Assembly: GCA_018649825.1 (NCBI GenBank)
Contig: JABIHC010000113.1
Coordinates: 1 to 27,139, forward strand
From: Methanobacteriota archaeon
Lineage (GTDB): Archaea; Thermoplasmatota; Poseidoniia; Poseidoniales; Poseidoniaceae
Direction: 5' to 3'
DNA: 27,139 bases
The notes beneath the pieces are model-generated. The model saw nothing but the letters and a program-made list of their open reading frames with translations. It was not told the origin of the DNA and made no database searches. Positions 1 to 7,857 of the stretch are shown here, one piece after another (position 1 is the stretch's first letter; each line of letters begins with the position of its first letter). Made by a program: the position numbers and the translations under genes.

Positions 1-734
1 TCCCCACTACCGAGTGTAAAATAAGTTGCATCTGGTCGATGCTCAGCAACGACTGCTGCGACGAGAGAACTGTCGAGACCTCCACTAAGGAAGACTGCAA
101 CCGGTTGATTAGGTGCCGGGAGGCGTTTGATGACTGCATCTCGAAAAATGTTGGTTAGGGAATTATTTGTTTGGAATGATTGATGTTGGCGTATCACCTT
201 TACTTCGCCACTTACCGCATCAACTGAGGACAAACCAAGAGGTAGAGCAGAAAAGTGGTCAACATTGTCAATGGCTTTGAGTTCACTGGTAATGAAAACT
301 TTCGTCCCTGACCGGCCAACGAAGAGGGGCTTTTTTCCAATATGATCTCGTATCGTCCAAATTTTTGAAGCAGATTGGTCAACGATGACGCCGGAAAAAA
401 AACCATCGAGGACATCAAGTATCCCTTCGTTGAGTTTCATGAACAGTGGTAGAATGACATCAGTGTCGCTTAAAGATAATGGGAGGGCATATTTTTCAGA
501 TAGATCTCGATAATTGTAGACCTCGCCATTGAATGCTCCAATCATTCCTTCATGCTCCATAGGTTGGGCCCCAACCTCGCCGGATCCGTTAATTGCGAGG
601 CGAGTGAAGCCCAAAGCCATCTCATCGGTTCCTATAATTCGTTGATCATCTGGACCGCGGTGTACTAGGCGAGGAAGGAGGTTCTGAACCTCTTCGTGCG
701 ACCCTGGGCCAAACATGAAGAGAATACCACACAC
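1..734 (-). CDS. asnB: Asparagine synthetase (glutamine-hydrolysing)-type amidotransferase; C-terminal part lies outside the window
   Basis: This ORF is absent from the ORF track because it runs off the window edge. Hand translation of the minus strand from GTG 734..732 gives M-CGILFMFGPGSHEEVQNLLPRLVHRGPDDQ..., with the class-II Ntn amidotransferase Cys directly after the initiator. It continues ...FNGEVYNYRDL..., ...RDHIGKKPLFV... and reaches the PP-loop VAVFLSGGLDSSLVAAV at about nt 55-105. The frame stays open through the A8 run at 395..402. The listed ORF 212..418 is out of frame with this reading. Confidence 0.8.
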   Translation of the reverse strand, partial: MCGILFMFGPGSHEEVQNLLPRLVHRGPDDQRIIGTDEMALGFTRLAINGSGEVGAQPMEHEGMIGAFNGEVYNYRDLSEKYALPLSLSDTDVILPLFMKLNEGILDVLDGFFSGVIVDQSASKIWTIRDHIGKKPLFVGRSGTKVFITSELKAIDNVDHFSALPLGLSSVDAVSGEVKVIRQHQSFQTNNSLTNIFRDAVIKRLPAPNQPVAVFLSGGLDSSLVAAVVAEHRPDATYFTLGSG

Positions 735-749
735 TACACTCACCTCATT

Positions 750-1778
750 TTATTCCAATTCGGTTCGGACCAACATGAGTAATTCACCAAGCATATTCTG
801 GCCTTCGCCATCGATAGATTCACCCCAGAATGTATCGTTCGAGGTTGACTCAACAAGTCGTTTTGGGATGGTGCTAAGAAGAAGTTTAGCGAGTTCGGGG
901 TGTTGTGAAAATTTCCCCCGTAGGGCCTTCAGCATGACGTCTTCCTTTAGTTCCGCCCAATCCTCTCTCTGTAGATTTTTCATCTCTGTGGCAGTGTCTT
1001 TTGCAAGAGTCGGGGTTTTTGATAATCGAATCTTCTCTTTCAACTCTGGTTCAATGAATTTTTGGGCTTGGTAATAGTGTTCAACCGTCAGCCAATTGAC
1101 CCCCTCAATAAAGATACTGTGTGGGGAAAAATTAGAGAACTCGCCCCAAGGTTGGTCAGAGTGGTAGAATCGAATTTCGTCTTCATCTACGGGGATCTCA
1201 TCCAAGGGTAGTTGATGCCCAAGTTTTTGATTTTTCGTATGCAGATACGCTTCATTTTCTGGGCGGATATTTGGGTGGGTGTTTACAGATACAACCTCAA
1301 TGTCATTCATTTGCAGAAATTTGCGCTTTCGAGGGTTGTTTGAAATTAAGCGAACTGAAATAACTCCAAGAGATTTAAGAATATCAAGCGCAGAATCATA
1401 GTCTCTATTATCTTGTTCAAGGCCGAGATGTTCAAACGCTTCGACTGTATCTAAATCATCTGATTCCATGAGCCTCACTGCACGAATTTTGTTCGAAATA
1501 CCTTGCCCCCTTCCTTCTTGGTGCAGATGGATGATTATCCCTTCTCCTTCGATTGCTATCAGTTTCATTGATTCACGAAGTTGATCTGCACAATCACAGT
1601 CTTTTGCTCCGAATACTTCAGATGCCAAACAAGAAGAATGGATACGTAGAAGGGGATGTTTCCCTAAAGTGTTGACGTCCCCCCTGCTGATGAGGCGAAC
1701 GTCTTCGTCACCTGTATCATACATCCGAAAGTTTCCCACCGAGGTGGGAAGAGTGCACCAATTCTTCAGTTCAGACAT
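750..1778 (-). CDS. ribA: Bifunctional GTP cyclohydrolase II (RibA) fused to a NADAR/YbiA-type N-glycosidase domain
   Basis: The N-terminal ~195 aa align along their length with E. coli RibA: the zinc site HSSCLASEVFGAKDCDCADQL, then HQEGRGQGISNKIRA, then DTVEAFEHLGLEQDNRDY...ISNNPRKRKFL. The C-terminal ~140 aa (FYHSDQPWGEFSNFSPHSIFIEGVNWLTVEHYYQAQKF...WGESIDGEGQNMLGELLM) match the DUF1768/NADAR (YbiA) pattern. The start overlaps the stop of the upstream GT gene by 8 nt. Confidence 0.85.
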   Translation of the reverse strand: MSELKNWCTLPTSVGNFRMYDTGDEDVRLISRGDVNTLGKHPLLRIHSSCLASEVFGAKDCDCADQLRESMKLIAIEGEGIIIHLHQEGRGQGISNKIRAVRLMESDDLDTVEAFEHLGLEQDNRDYDSALDILKSLGVISVRLISNNPRKRKFLQMNDIEVVSVNTHPNIRPENEAYLHTKNQKLGHQLPLDEIPVDEDEIRFYHSDQPWGEFSNFSPHSIFIEGVNWLTVEHYYQAQKFIEPELKEKIRLSKTPTLAKDTATEMKNLQREDWAELKEDVMLKALRGKFSQHPELAKLLLSTIPKRLVESTSNDTFWGESIDGEGQNMLGELLMLVRTELE

Positions 1779-4122
1779 ATATATCTCCCAAACCTTTCCA
1801 ATTTCTGTTCATTCTTAAAACCACTTCCAAATCAGAGGCAGCGTAATCCTCGGCCACATCTCGGATTGTTGTAAGAAATTCTACATTCTCGGATGTGCGG
1901 TGCTGCATAACCTCTTCATGCAGATTCGACCACTTCTCATCGCTAAACAAGTCCTCAAGCTGATTCATCAAAGGTTGAATTAGCGGTTCATCGAAGTTTT
2001 CCTTAAGTGATCGATGGAGGCCACGAATTCGGTAGAAACTCATCTCAAGTTGAATCATCCGGTCTAAAAGATTCTGTTCGATAAAGGATTGAATTTCAGA
2101 AATATCTTTTTTGGTAAAAACAAGGGAATGAGACGGATTGTTTGTTAGAAAAAACATGAGTCCAGCATACATTGCTGACCCGATAATTTCTGCTTTCACT
2201 TTCGGAACATTGAGTTCAGCCTTTAGTGAGTTACGAGCGATATGATCTACCGGGAAACCAACAGCCTTTACAGAAAAACCGCGGAAGTATCTATTCACAA
2301 TTGCCCACATCATGTCTGAGCGTCTAGCCTCTTGCCCGCCTATCTGGTATTTGGGATTTGGAGTCAAAGTGAGTGTAGTGTGATTGAGTATGAAGGTGGT
2401 ACCTCCACGGTTTACCGAATCTTTGATATCAATCAATGGGTCGCTTGGAGTATTTACTACCAATGGCCTGGTGAGTGGATGCCCAAAGATCAGGTTGTTT
2501 GCCCCTTCAAGAAGTCGATTCCGTGCCTCCATCACCGTTTCATGCTCAACCATCCCCTCGACCCAATGGGGCTTTTCAAGGTGCGATGTATGCTTTCTCG
2601 ACAGGTCGTAATAATAGTCAGGGCAATGTAGGCGCGAGAGTTTGTTCTCAGCTGACCGATCAGGTAGCAGTTCACCTGGTTCAAGTCCGTTCAACCAATT
2701 TAGATTATGAACAAGATCGACCAATTGAACTCTTAGGCCATTTATAGGAGGGTTCGGAGAAGATCCTTCATATGCGCCAAGAACTGCATCTACACCTGCT
2801 TCACGCAAAATGGGCAACCAGGCTATGAACGATTTTGCACGTTTGTCAATTCTCATATCATCGTCCATGAGCCAGCCAATAGAATCATTATTCCTCGCAA
2901 GTTCACGGCCTAAATAGCGTTGAATCATTGTTCGTGCTTGAGCAATGCCCACTTGCCCAAGCGGTCGCTGTTTGTAGGGCTGACCAAACAACCCTCTTGT
3001 TGCATCACCCTGCTGTTGTTGTTGGTCGATGATGTGCACCTCCAAACCTATTTTAGTGACTTTTTTTATCATTTCATTCAATTCAATCGAGGGACATCCG
3101 TTGTCGAGCACGAGAACCCGTGCCCCGAGTCTTTGGACGTTTATGCTCTGCAAAAGTGGCCATAATGTTCTAGGTTCAGAAGTAATCACTCCGATCACGA
3201 GAGAAAATGGTGTGCGAGTGGGTGGGACTGGCGCAATCCATGGGGCTGCATATGGGCGCAAGGTACTCTTGCTCTTTGCTTGAGATACAGAGAGATTCTT
3301 GATGGGTGGGTGCCAAGAAAAGAGACGTTCAGCACGTTCCTTGAATTGCTCTCGTTGATGGCTGTCCATCCTCCCATAGTATTTCATCCAAAACACTGTG
3401 AGTCCGGAAAGTTTAGCCTCCGACCCCTTCGTTGTTAATCGAACTCGATCTAGTTCGGCATAATGTTTCACTAGATTTGAGGGTATTGGAGTGTAAGTGA
3501 CTGTGCCGAGGTCAGCGATACGGATGCAAAGGTCACGATCAGTGGAACTGCGTAATGACTCATCGAAACAACCTGCCATGAGCATTGCGCTCATTCGAAT
3601 GAAAATGTTTGAACCTTGTATCCCCCCGTTTCCTACAAGAAAATCGTCTGCGTAAAGGGCAGAGGGGGCAGGGTATATCACTGGCTCTGTGTGTTCTGAT
3701 TCGAAGCGTTGAATACCGGCTGCAACCATATCAAAATTACCCGACATGCACTCTTTCAGGCAGGTTTCGAGATAATTAGGAAGCCACGAATCATCATCAT
3801 CAAGAATTGCTACGTAGGTGAATTGAGGCGATGTGTGCTGTCTAAAAATCCAATCAATACCTGTATTCCAAGAACCACATGCACCTAGTGTGCGATGATT
3901 TCGAATGATTGCAACATTTGTATTATTTGTATCGATGGATTTTATGTAGTTTTCATTGAATTTGCAATTTTCCTCTAAATGAGAATCATCCACTACAATA
4001 AGAAAATCGGGAGGGCGAGATTGCCCCAGAATTGAAGGGATCGACCTCTTGGAAAGTAACTCTGGTCTATCCTGCGTGGCAACAACTACACCAATTTTGA
4101 TTCGATTGGGTATATTTACCAT
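1771..4122 (-). CDS. Large two-module glycosyltransferase (N-terminal GT2/GT-A fold, second GT-A-like module, helical C-terminal region)
   Basis: Module 1 reads IGVVVATQDRPELLSKRSIPSILGQSRPPDFLIVVDDS...VAILDDDDSWLPNYLE, the typical GT2 beta1 strand and DxD. Module 2 reads FSLVIGVITSEPRTLWPLLQSI...VLVLDNGCP...GWLMDDDMRID, a second Rossmann-like start with an acidic DDD motif. At 783 aa it is the first gene of the GT/ribA-NADAR/asnB operon. Confidence 0.7.
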   Translation of the reverse strand: MVNIPNRIKIGVVVATQDRPELLSKRSIPSILGQSRPPDFLIVVDDSHLEENCKFNENYIKSIDTNNTNVAIIRNHRTLGACGSWNTGIDWIFRQHTSPQFTYVAILDDDDSWLPNYLETCLKECMSGNFDMVAAGIQRFESEHTEPVIYPAPSALYADDFLVGNGGIQGSNIFIRMSAMLMAGCFDESLRSSTDRDLCIRIADLGTVTYTPIPSNLVKHYAELDRVRLTTKGSEAKLSGLTVFWMKYYGRMDSHQREQFKERAERLFSWHPPIKNLSVSQAKSKSTLRPYAAPWIAPVPPTRTPFSLVIGVITSEPRTLWPLLQSINVQRLGARVLVLDNGCPSIELNEMIKKVTKIGLEVHIIDQQQQQGDATRGLFGQPYKQRPLGQVGIAQARTMIQRYLGRELARNNDSIGWLMDDDMRIDKRAKSFIAWLPILREAGVDAVLGAYEGSSPNPPINGLRVQLVDLVHNLNWLNGLEPGELLPDRSAENKLSRLHCPDYYYDLSRKHTSHLEKPHWVEGMVEHETVMEARNRLLEGANNLIFGHPLTRPLVVNTPSDPLIDIKDSVNRGGTTFILNHTTLTLTPNPKYQIGGQEARRSDMMWAIVNRYFRGFSVKAVGFPVDHIARNSLKAELNVPKVKAEIIGSAMYAGLMFFLTNNPSHSLVFTKKDISEIQSFIEQNLLDRMIQLEMSFYRIRGLHRSLKENFDEPLIQPLMNQLEDLFSDEKWSNLHEEVMQHRTSENVEFLTTIRDVAEDYAASDLEVVLRMNRNWKGLGDIYV

Positions 4123-4248
4123 TATTTCGTTGCTCTTATCCTTCCTTTTTCAATATTTGTATTTGATATCGTAAAGAAGAATTTTGTGTCTCATCTTTGG
4201 TATCAAAGGTTGGAGTTTTATAAAGAATGCAATAATTGCGTCGAACAG

Positions 4249-4401
4249 AAAACCCTCAAGTCTTGAACCATAATTCATGCCCTCTCGCATGGGTTGATAC
4301 AGACAACCGACATACCATTCCCGTGAAGTCGCAAGGGTTCTTGCAAACCCCTCAAGACATTATGGAAGAGTACAATGGGTGTTCAGTGGGTTGATACAGA
4401 C
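4249..4401. promoter_or_regulatory. Two copies of a bipartite conserved motif (period 97 bp) in the 338-bp intergenic region upstream of the GT operon
   Basis: Block a is AAAACCCTCAAG at 4249..4260 and AAACCCCTCAAG at 4345..4356. Block b is TGGGTTGATACAGAC at 4290..4304 and occurs again, identically, at 4387..4401. The sequence between the blocks is not conserved. A TATA-like TTTATAAA (minus-strand reading) lies at 4216..4225, between the repeats and the GT start codon at 4122. Confidence 0.5.
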
Positions 4402-4460
4402 GCTACCGGCGCGTGGAGCCCACTGCGATCCCATTTATTCATCAATTGTTAGCGCGAGGC

Positions 4461-5381
4461 CTAGCAAAGTTGCTCCATGAAGAACTCTCTAGCCCGAACT
4501 AGAGAATCCGCGCGAGCATTGGGTTTGCCTTCCACATGAGCGCCTCTATTCCGCAATATTCGGATGATCAATCGTCGTTGCCAGCGTTCGTTCAAAGGTA
4601 ATCGGATACCTAGGAATAATTTTCCAGACATGTATCCATTTTTGTCAATTCTAGCAGTCCGCTTCCTCAAACGAACGGCCTTGGGAAAAAGTGTGAATTC
4701 CTTCTCGCTGTCAAAGGAGTGGTGCGCTCCTGGATAGACATGCAAGGTGGCATTTGGTAGTTGGGGCATTAGTCCTTCAACTAGATGAAGAGGAGTCCAA
4801 TCATCAGCATCTCCGTGAAGAATCAAGATGGAGGAGTCTGACCAACTTTGGATATCTGGGCGGATATGAGCTGCTGGATAGAATGGCAGATGGGCGTCAA
4901 ATGGAGTTCCTAGAATCTCGATAATTGGTGACCATGCTGAATACAGTGCTACAGTTCCGCCAAGGCTCCAACCTGCGATACCAATCTTTCCAATTCTAGG
5001 ATCCTGTTCTAACACTGAACGTGTTCTAAAAGCGTCGACAAGCATCATTGAATGGGTTACTGATAGTTGATCATCAACCGTGGAATCAATCGATCTTGAG
5101 GTGAATGAATTGACCTTACAAACCGCGAGCCCAGCATCGAGCCAACCATTGACGTGGTCCTGATGATGAGATGCCCAACCTACGCTTCCGTGAAGGGCAA
5201 TTACACATCCGAATGGGCCTTCGCCTTCTGGCAGAAACAGTTCAGACTCAACGATTACCTCTGGAGTTTTATCCAAACCGTTCAGTATGTGATGAATCTC
5301 AAATGGAGAGCGAGATTGAACTTGCAATCGTTCGTCCATGAGCGTTGGGATGACTTGCATCATTTCAAATGTGATTATCAC
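4461..5381 (-). CDS. Alpha/beta hydrolase, dienelactone-hydrolase-like
   Basis: The protein has the nucleophile elbow GIAGWSLGG (GxSxG), LILHGDADDWTP (acid residue region) and YPGAHHSF (catalytic His region), in the order expected for the DLH/alpha-beta hydrolase fold. It carries a basic C-terminal extension of about 60 aa. Confidence 0.7.
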   Translation of the reverse strand: MIITFEMMQVIPTLMDERLQVQSRSPFEIHHILNGLDKTPEVIVESELFLPEGEGPFGCVIALHGSVGWASHHQDHVNGWLDAGLAVCKVNSFTSRSIDSTVDDQLSVTHSMMLVDAFRTRSVLEQDPRIGKIGIAGWSLGGTVALYSAWSPIIEILGTPFDAHLPFYPAAHIRPDIQSWSDSSILILHGDADDWTPLHLVEGLMPQLPNATLHVYPGAHHSFDSEKEFTLFPKAVRLRKRTARIDKNGYMSGKLFLGIRLPLNERWQRRLIIRILRNRGAHVEGKPNARADSLVRAREFFMEQLC

Positions 5382-5428
5382 AATTATCTGGTTTTTTAGA
5401 GGCTACTGATTCAGCCACATGTTATAGA

Positions 5429-6133
5429 TTAATCATCTTGAGGTGAATAAGACCATAACTTTGTTGTGATAAAGGCCATAACCAAAATCTTTGCAAAGTC
5501 CCAGATTAGGAAAGGCTCAACCCCCCACTCAAAAGCTTGTTCAAAATCAACACTGAGTGATTCAGAAAGCCATAATGTACCAAAGAGATATACTGGAAGC
5601 ATAGCAGATACCCAGCAAATTATCTGCGCCTTGAGATCGGCTACCCCTGCTTTCCTTGAACGATCCAACCCTTCTGCAACCAATGCAGAAGCGAGTGGGA
5701 ATGCTAACAAATATCCGCCTGAAGCAATTAATGTTCCACCTGTGAATAATTGGTTTCCGCCTGAAGCAAAAACTGAGGCGCCCAATGCACCAACCACCAA
5801 ATAAAGGCAACCTGAAGCAAAGGCATCATTCCTTCTGAGATAAACACCTGTCGCCAATACTGCAAATGTTTGGAAAGTGTAGGGTACAGGAGTCCATGGA
5901 ACAAAAAATGCAATCTGTGCGGAAAGTGCTGTAAGACCCGAAAAAAATACCACAGTAATTACTCTCTCCATCATTGACATGTTCTTGGAACTCAAATCGA
6001 GATGCCATTTTTGAGGTTTATTCCATGCCACTTCATTGAACATGTTTGCGCCAAAATTAGAGAGTATATAGTGATTTAGCATTGGCTCAAAGGGTTTAGC
6101 AAAAGGCCCCCATTGTATATTTTCTAAATACAA
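5429..6133 (-). CDS. bioY: BioY-family biotin transporter S-component (start uncertain)
   Basis: LTALSAQIAFFVPWTPVPYTFQTFAVLATGVYL...LYLVVGALGASVFASGG...GGYLLAFPLASALV matches the BioY signature (vP.T.QtfaVll.G; GptgGYl.gFp). The longest ORF starts at TTG 6133. ATG 5980 (MSMMERV...) would give a typical BioY of about 183 aa, and ATG 6043 or 6082 are also possible. Confidence 0.7.
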   Translation of the reverse strand: MYLENIQWGPFAKPFEPMLNHYILSNFGANMFNEVAWNKPQKWHLDLSSKNMSMMERVITVVFFSGLTALSAQIAFFVPWTPVPYTFQTFAVLATGVYLRRNDAFASGCLYLVVGALGASVFASGGNQLFTGGTLIASGGYLLAFPLASALVAEGLDRSRKAGVADLKAQIICWVSAMLPVYLFGTLWLSESLSVDFEQAFEWGVEPFLIWDFAKILVMAFITTKLWSYSPQDD

Positions 6134-6151
6134 AATACCTGAGATGGATTC

Positions 6152-6682
6152 TTAGACAATCGCTGGTGATTCTGATTTTGCCGTCATGATTGCTTTGGCA
6201 ATTAGGGCGATTCCGAGTATCATAATAATGATGCTGGCCCACATTGGGAAAAGAAATACCATCGTTTTCGGCAGGAAGAAAATCAGGGTTTCGCCACGGG
6301 CATATTCACCACCCATTCCAGCAGTTAGCAATATCATTCCAGTCGCTACCATTCCCAGTGAAGGGTGCAAGTAACCTTCTTGGCGCCCCATTTTGATACG
6401 TTTCCACAATACGCCGATAGACAAGCCGATGGCGGACATCGAAGTTAGCATTTTATTGGCCAATAGTGGGCTACTGATCTCGTCACCTTGGATTGAATTC
6501 AGCCCAGTAATTATTGCCAATGGCGTAAACAATAGTCCACCTGCAAGCGCCCAATGGGCAACTGAATCTTTGACCACAGGGCCTTTTTCAATGAACATCA
6601 TGAGAAAACAAAAACCGGCGAGAGAAAACATTCCGATAGTTAACTCAGTAGTTATTACATGTAGAGTCGATGCAGAAATCAT
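6152..6682 (-). CDS. Integral membrane protein with about 5 TM helices (DUF2231-like impression, unverified)
   Basis: Five hydrophobic segments are visible. His residues sit at the start of three of them (STLHVITTE, SVAHWALAG, GYLHPSLG), and a GMGGEYARGE motif follows TM4. The start ATG overlaps the upstream stop as ATGA at 6679..6682. Confidence 0.6.
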   Translation of the reverse strand: MISASTLHVITTELTIGMFSLAGFCFLMMFIEKGPVVKDSVAHWALAGGLLFTPLAIITGLNSIQGDEISSPLLANKMLTSMSAIGLSIGVLWKRIKMGRQEGYLHPSLGMVATGMILLTAGMGGEYARGETLIFFLPKTMVFLFPMWASIIIMILGIALIAKAIMTAKSESPAIV

Positions 6683-7857
6683 TGCAAGCCCCCTTCCTTA
6701 TTTTTGTCGAGATATCCTTGGCCATAATGCCGCCACTGTTCCATGCTCCACCCTGTTGGAATCCCCTCAAGAGGAATGGTTGGCATTGGCGCAGGCGTGG
6801 GAATTAGTTGTGGCAGTGTGGCTGGCGCTGATGCGAGGGGCGGAGGAAGTTGGCTGGTGGTCGGAATAGGCGCTTGTGCGAGGGGCGGAGGAAGTTGGCT
6901 GGTGGCAAAATGGGTTGCTTCAACCAATGCGGTTGCATCGACTGCAATCGGAATTTTCTCACCACCACTACCACCACTAGGGCGTTGCAACATTATCAGG
7001 CCAGCAAACAATAGCATCATAGCCATGCCTTGTAGGAATAATGCCGGCTCCTCAACCTGCCATGCCGGCTCTTGGGAAATTAGTGCAAACCATGGGGTGG
7101 TTTGTGTTGGTCCTTCACCGTTTAGATGGGCTCGCCATTCTATTTTCCCCGCATTGACTGCTGCAGGCAGGGTGAATTCACCTTCGCTCACATTGAGACT
7201 TTGGGGGGCTCCGCCTTCAGTACGCCACTCAATGAAAAATGAATCAACATCATCTGTCACCAATTCAATTGTGGTTTCTTCACCTAATGAGCGAGTTGAG
7301 GGGGGTGTGAAATCAGAGGATAAACGCGGGAGGTTTTCTGGTGGCTCAACTACCGAGAGGGAAATTGTCGGTGAATTGCCATGCTCGGGTTGTGATGTGC
7401 CACCATGATGGATGCTAGCTAGCAATTCGTAATTGCCTGCTACCGGTGCCCTAAGCGTCCAAGTGAAGGTAATATTTGCTGCCGAACGGGCGACCGATTT
7501 CTCAACGTAATTATTGGCTCCGCCATTGGGGTCAGCGACAATTTCCCAACCTTCATGGGCAGGGGTATCTTTGGCCCCTCGGTCATTGATTAAAAGGAAT
7601 ACTCCAAGCATTCTTTGATTGGATAATTGGGGGTTTTCGACCACTACATCAACCGTTGTCAATAATCCAGCCCAAACTTGCTGTTGCGCAACCACTGAAA
7701 CTACCGCTGCACTAGTGACGTTTTGTCCAGCATCGCCATGGCACGACCCTCCACATTGTTGTGATTGGATACTATCTCCTTCACCGCCCGGATTAGCCGT
7801 TGAAAGCGAAGCGGTACAAATTAACAAAATTAAGGCGAGGACAAAGCGATGTCGCAT
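6679..7857 (-). CDS. Membrane-anchored secreted protein: signal peptide, Cys-x3-Cys-His Reeler-like beta-sandwich, Ig-like domain, TM helix, Pro-rich tail
   Basis: The N-terminal signal peptide is MRHRFVLALILLICTASLSTA. It is followed by the motif C35-GGS-C39-H40, then ...GVFLLIND...ITFTWTLRAPVAGNYELLA, which follows the Reeler-like motif order. A TM segment ALFLQGMAMMLLFAGLIML comes next, then a tail with the duplicated TSQLPPPLA(Q/S)AP. The start codon directly abuts the upstream stop (TGAATG). Confidence 0.7.
   Translation of the reverse strand: MRHRFVLALILLICTASLSTANPGGEGDSIQSQQCGGSCHGDAGQNVTSAAVVSVVAQQQVWAGLLTTVDVVVENPQLSNQRMLGVFLLINDRGAKDTPAHEGWEIVADPNGGANNYVEKSVARSAANITFTWTLRAPVAGNYELLASIHHGGTSQPEHGNSPTISLSVVEPPENLPRLSSDFTPPSTRSLGEETTIELVTDDVDSFFIEWRTEGGAPQSLNVSEGEFTLPAAVNAGKIEWRAHLNGEGPTQTTPWFALISQEPAWQVEEPALFLQGMAMMLLFAGLIMLQRPSGGSGGEKIPIAVDATALVEATHFATSQLPPPLAQAPIPTTSQLPPPLASAPATLPQLIPTPAPMPTIPLEGIPTGWSMEQWRHYGQGYLDKNKEGGLQ
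6832..6905. repeat. Perfect 29-bp direct repeat, two copies with a 45-bp period, inside the tail-coding region of the 392-aa gene
   Basis: TGCGAGGGGCGGAGGAAGTTGGCTGGTGG occurs at 6832..6860 and again, identically, at 6877..6905. On the minus strand this encodes the duplicated peptide TSQLPPPLA. Confidence 0.9.

Noticed and set aside
395-402. A8 homopolymer inside asnB as a possible frameshift or pseudogene site
   Set aside because: Hand translation stays in frame across it. Family-typical sequence appears on both sides (DGFFSGVIVD upstream, RDHIGKKPLFV downstream), so there is no evidence of disruption.
212-418. Listed 68-aa minus-strand ORF
   Set aside because: It is out of frame with the continuous AsnB-type reading frame that spans 1..734 on the same strand, and it has no recognisable features of its own.
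2332-3283. Cluster of 75-99-aa plus-strand ORFs inside the glycosyltransferase gene
   Set aside because: They all overlap one another and the 783-aa GT gene on the opposite strand. They have no motifs and are typical shadow ORFs.
6832-6905. The 29-bp direct repeat as a CRISPR fragment
   Set aside because: There are only two copies and the spacer is 16 bp. The repeat lies in frame inside a coding sequence and encodes a duplicated peptide.
6743-7408. 221-aa plus-strand ORF, with 6393..6869 and 7619..8044 as similar cases
   Set aside because: These are antisense to well-supported minus-strand genes. The translations are Gly/Ser/Arg-rich and low in complexity, as expected for the mirror frame of Pro/Ala/Thr-rich coding sequence.
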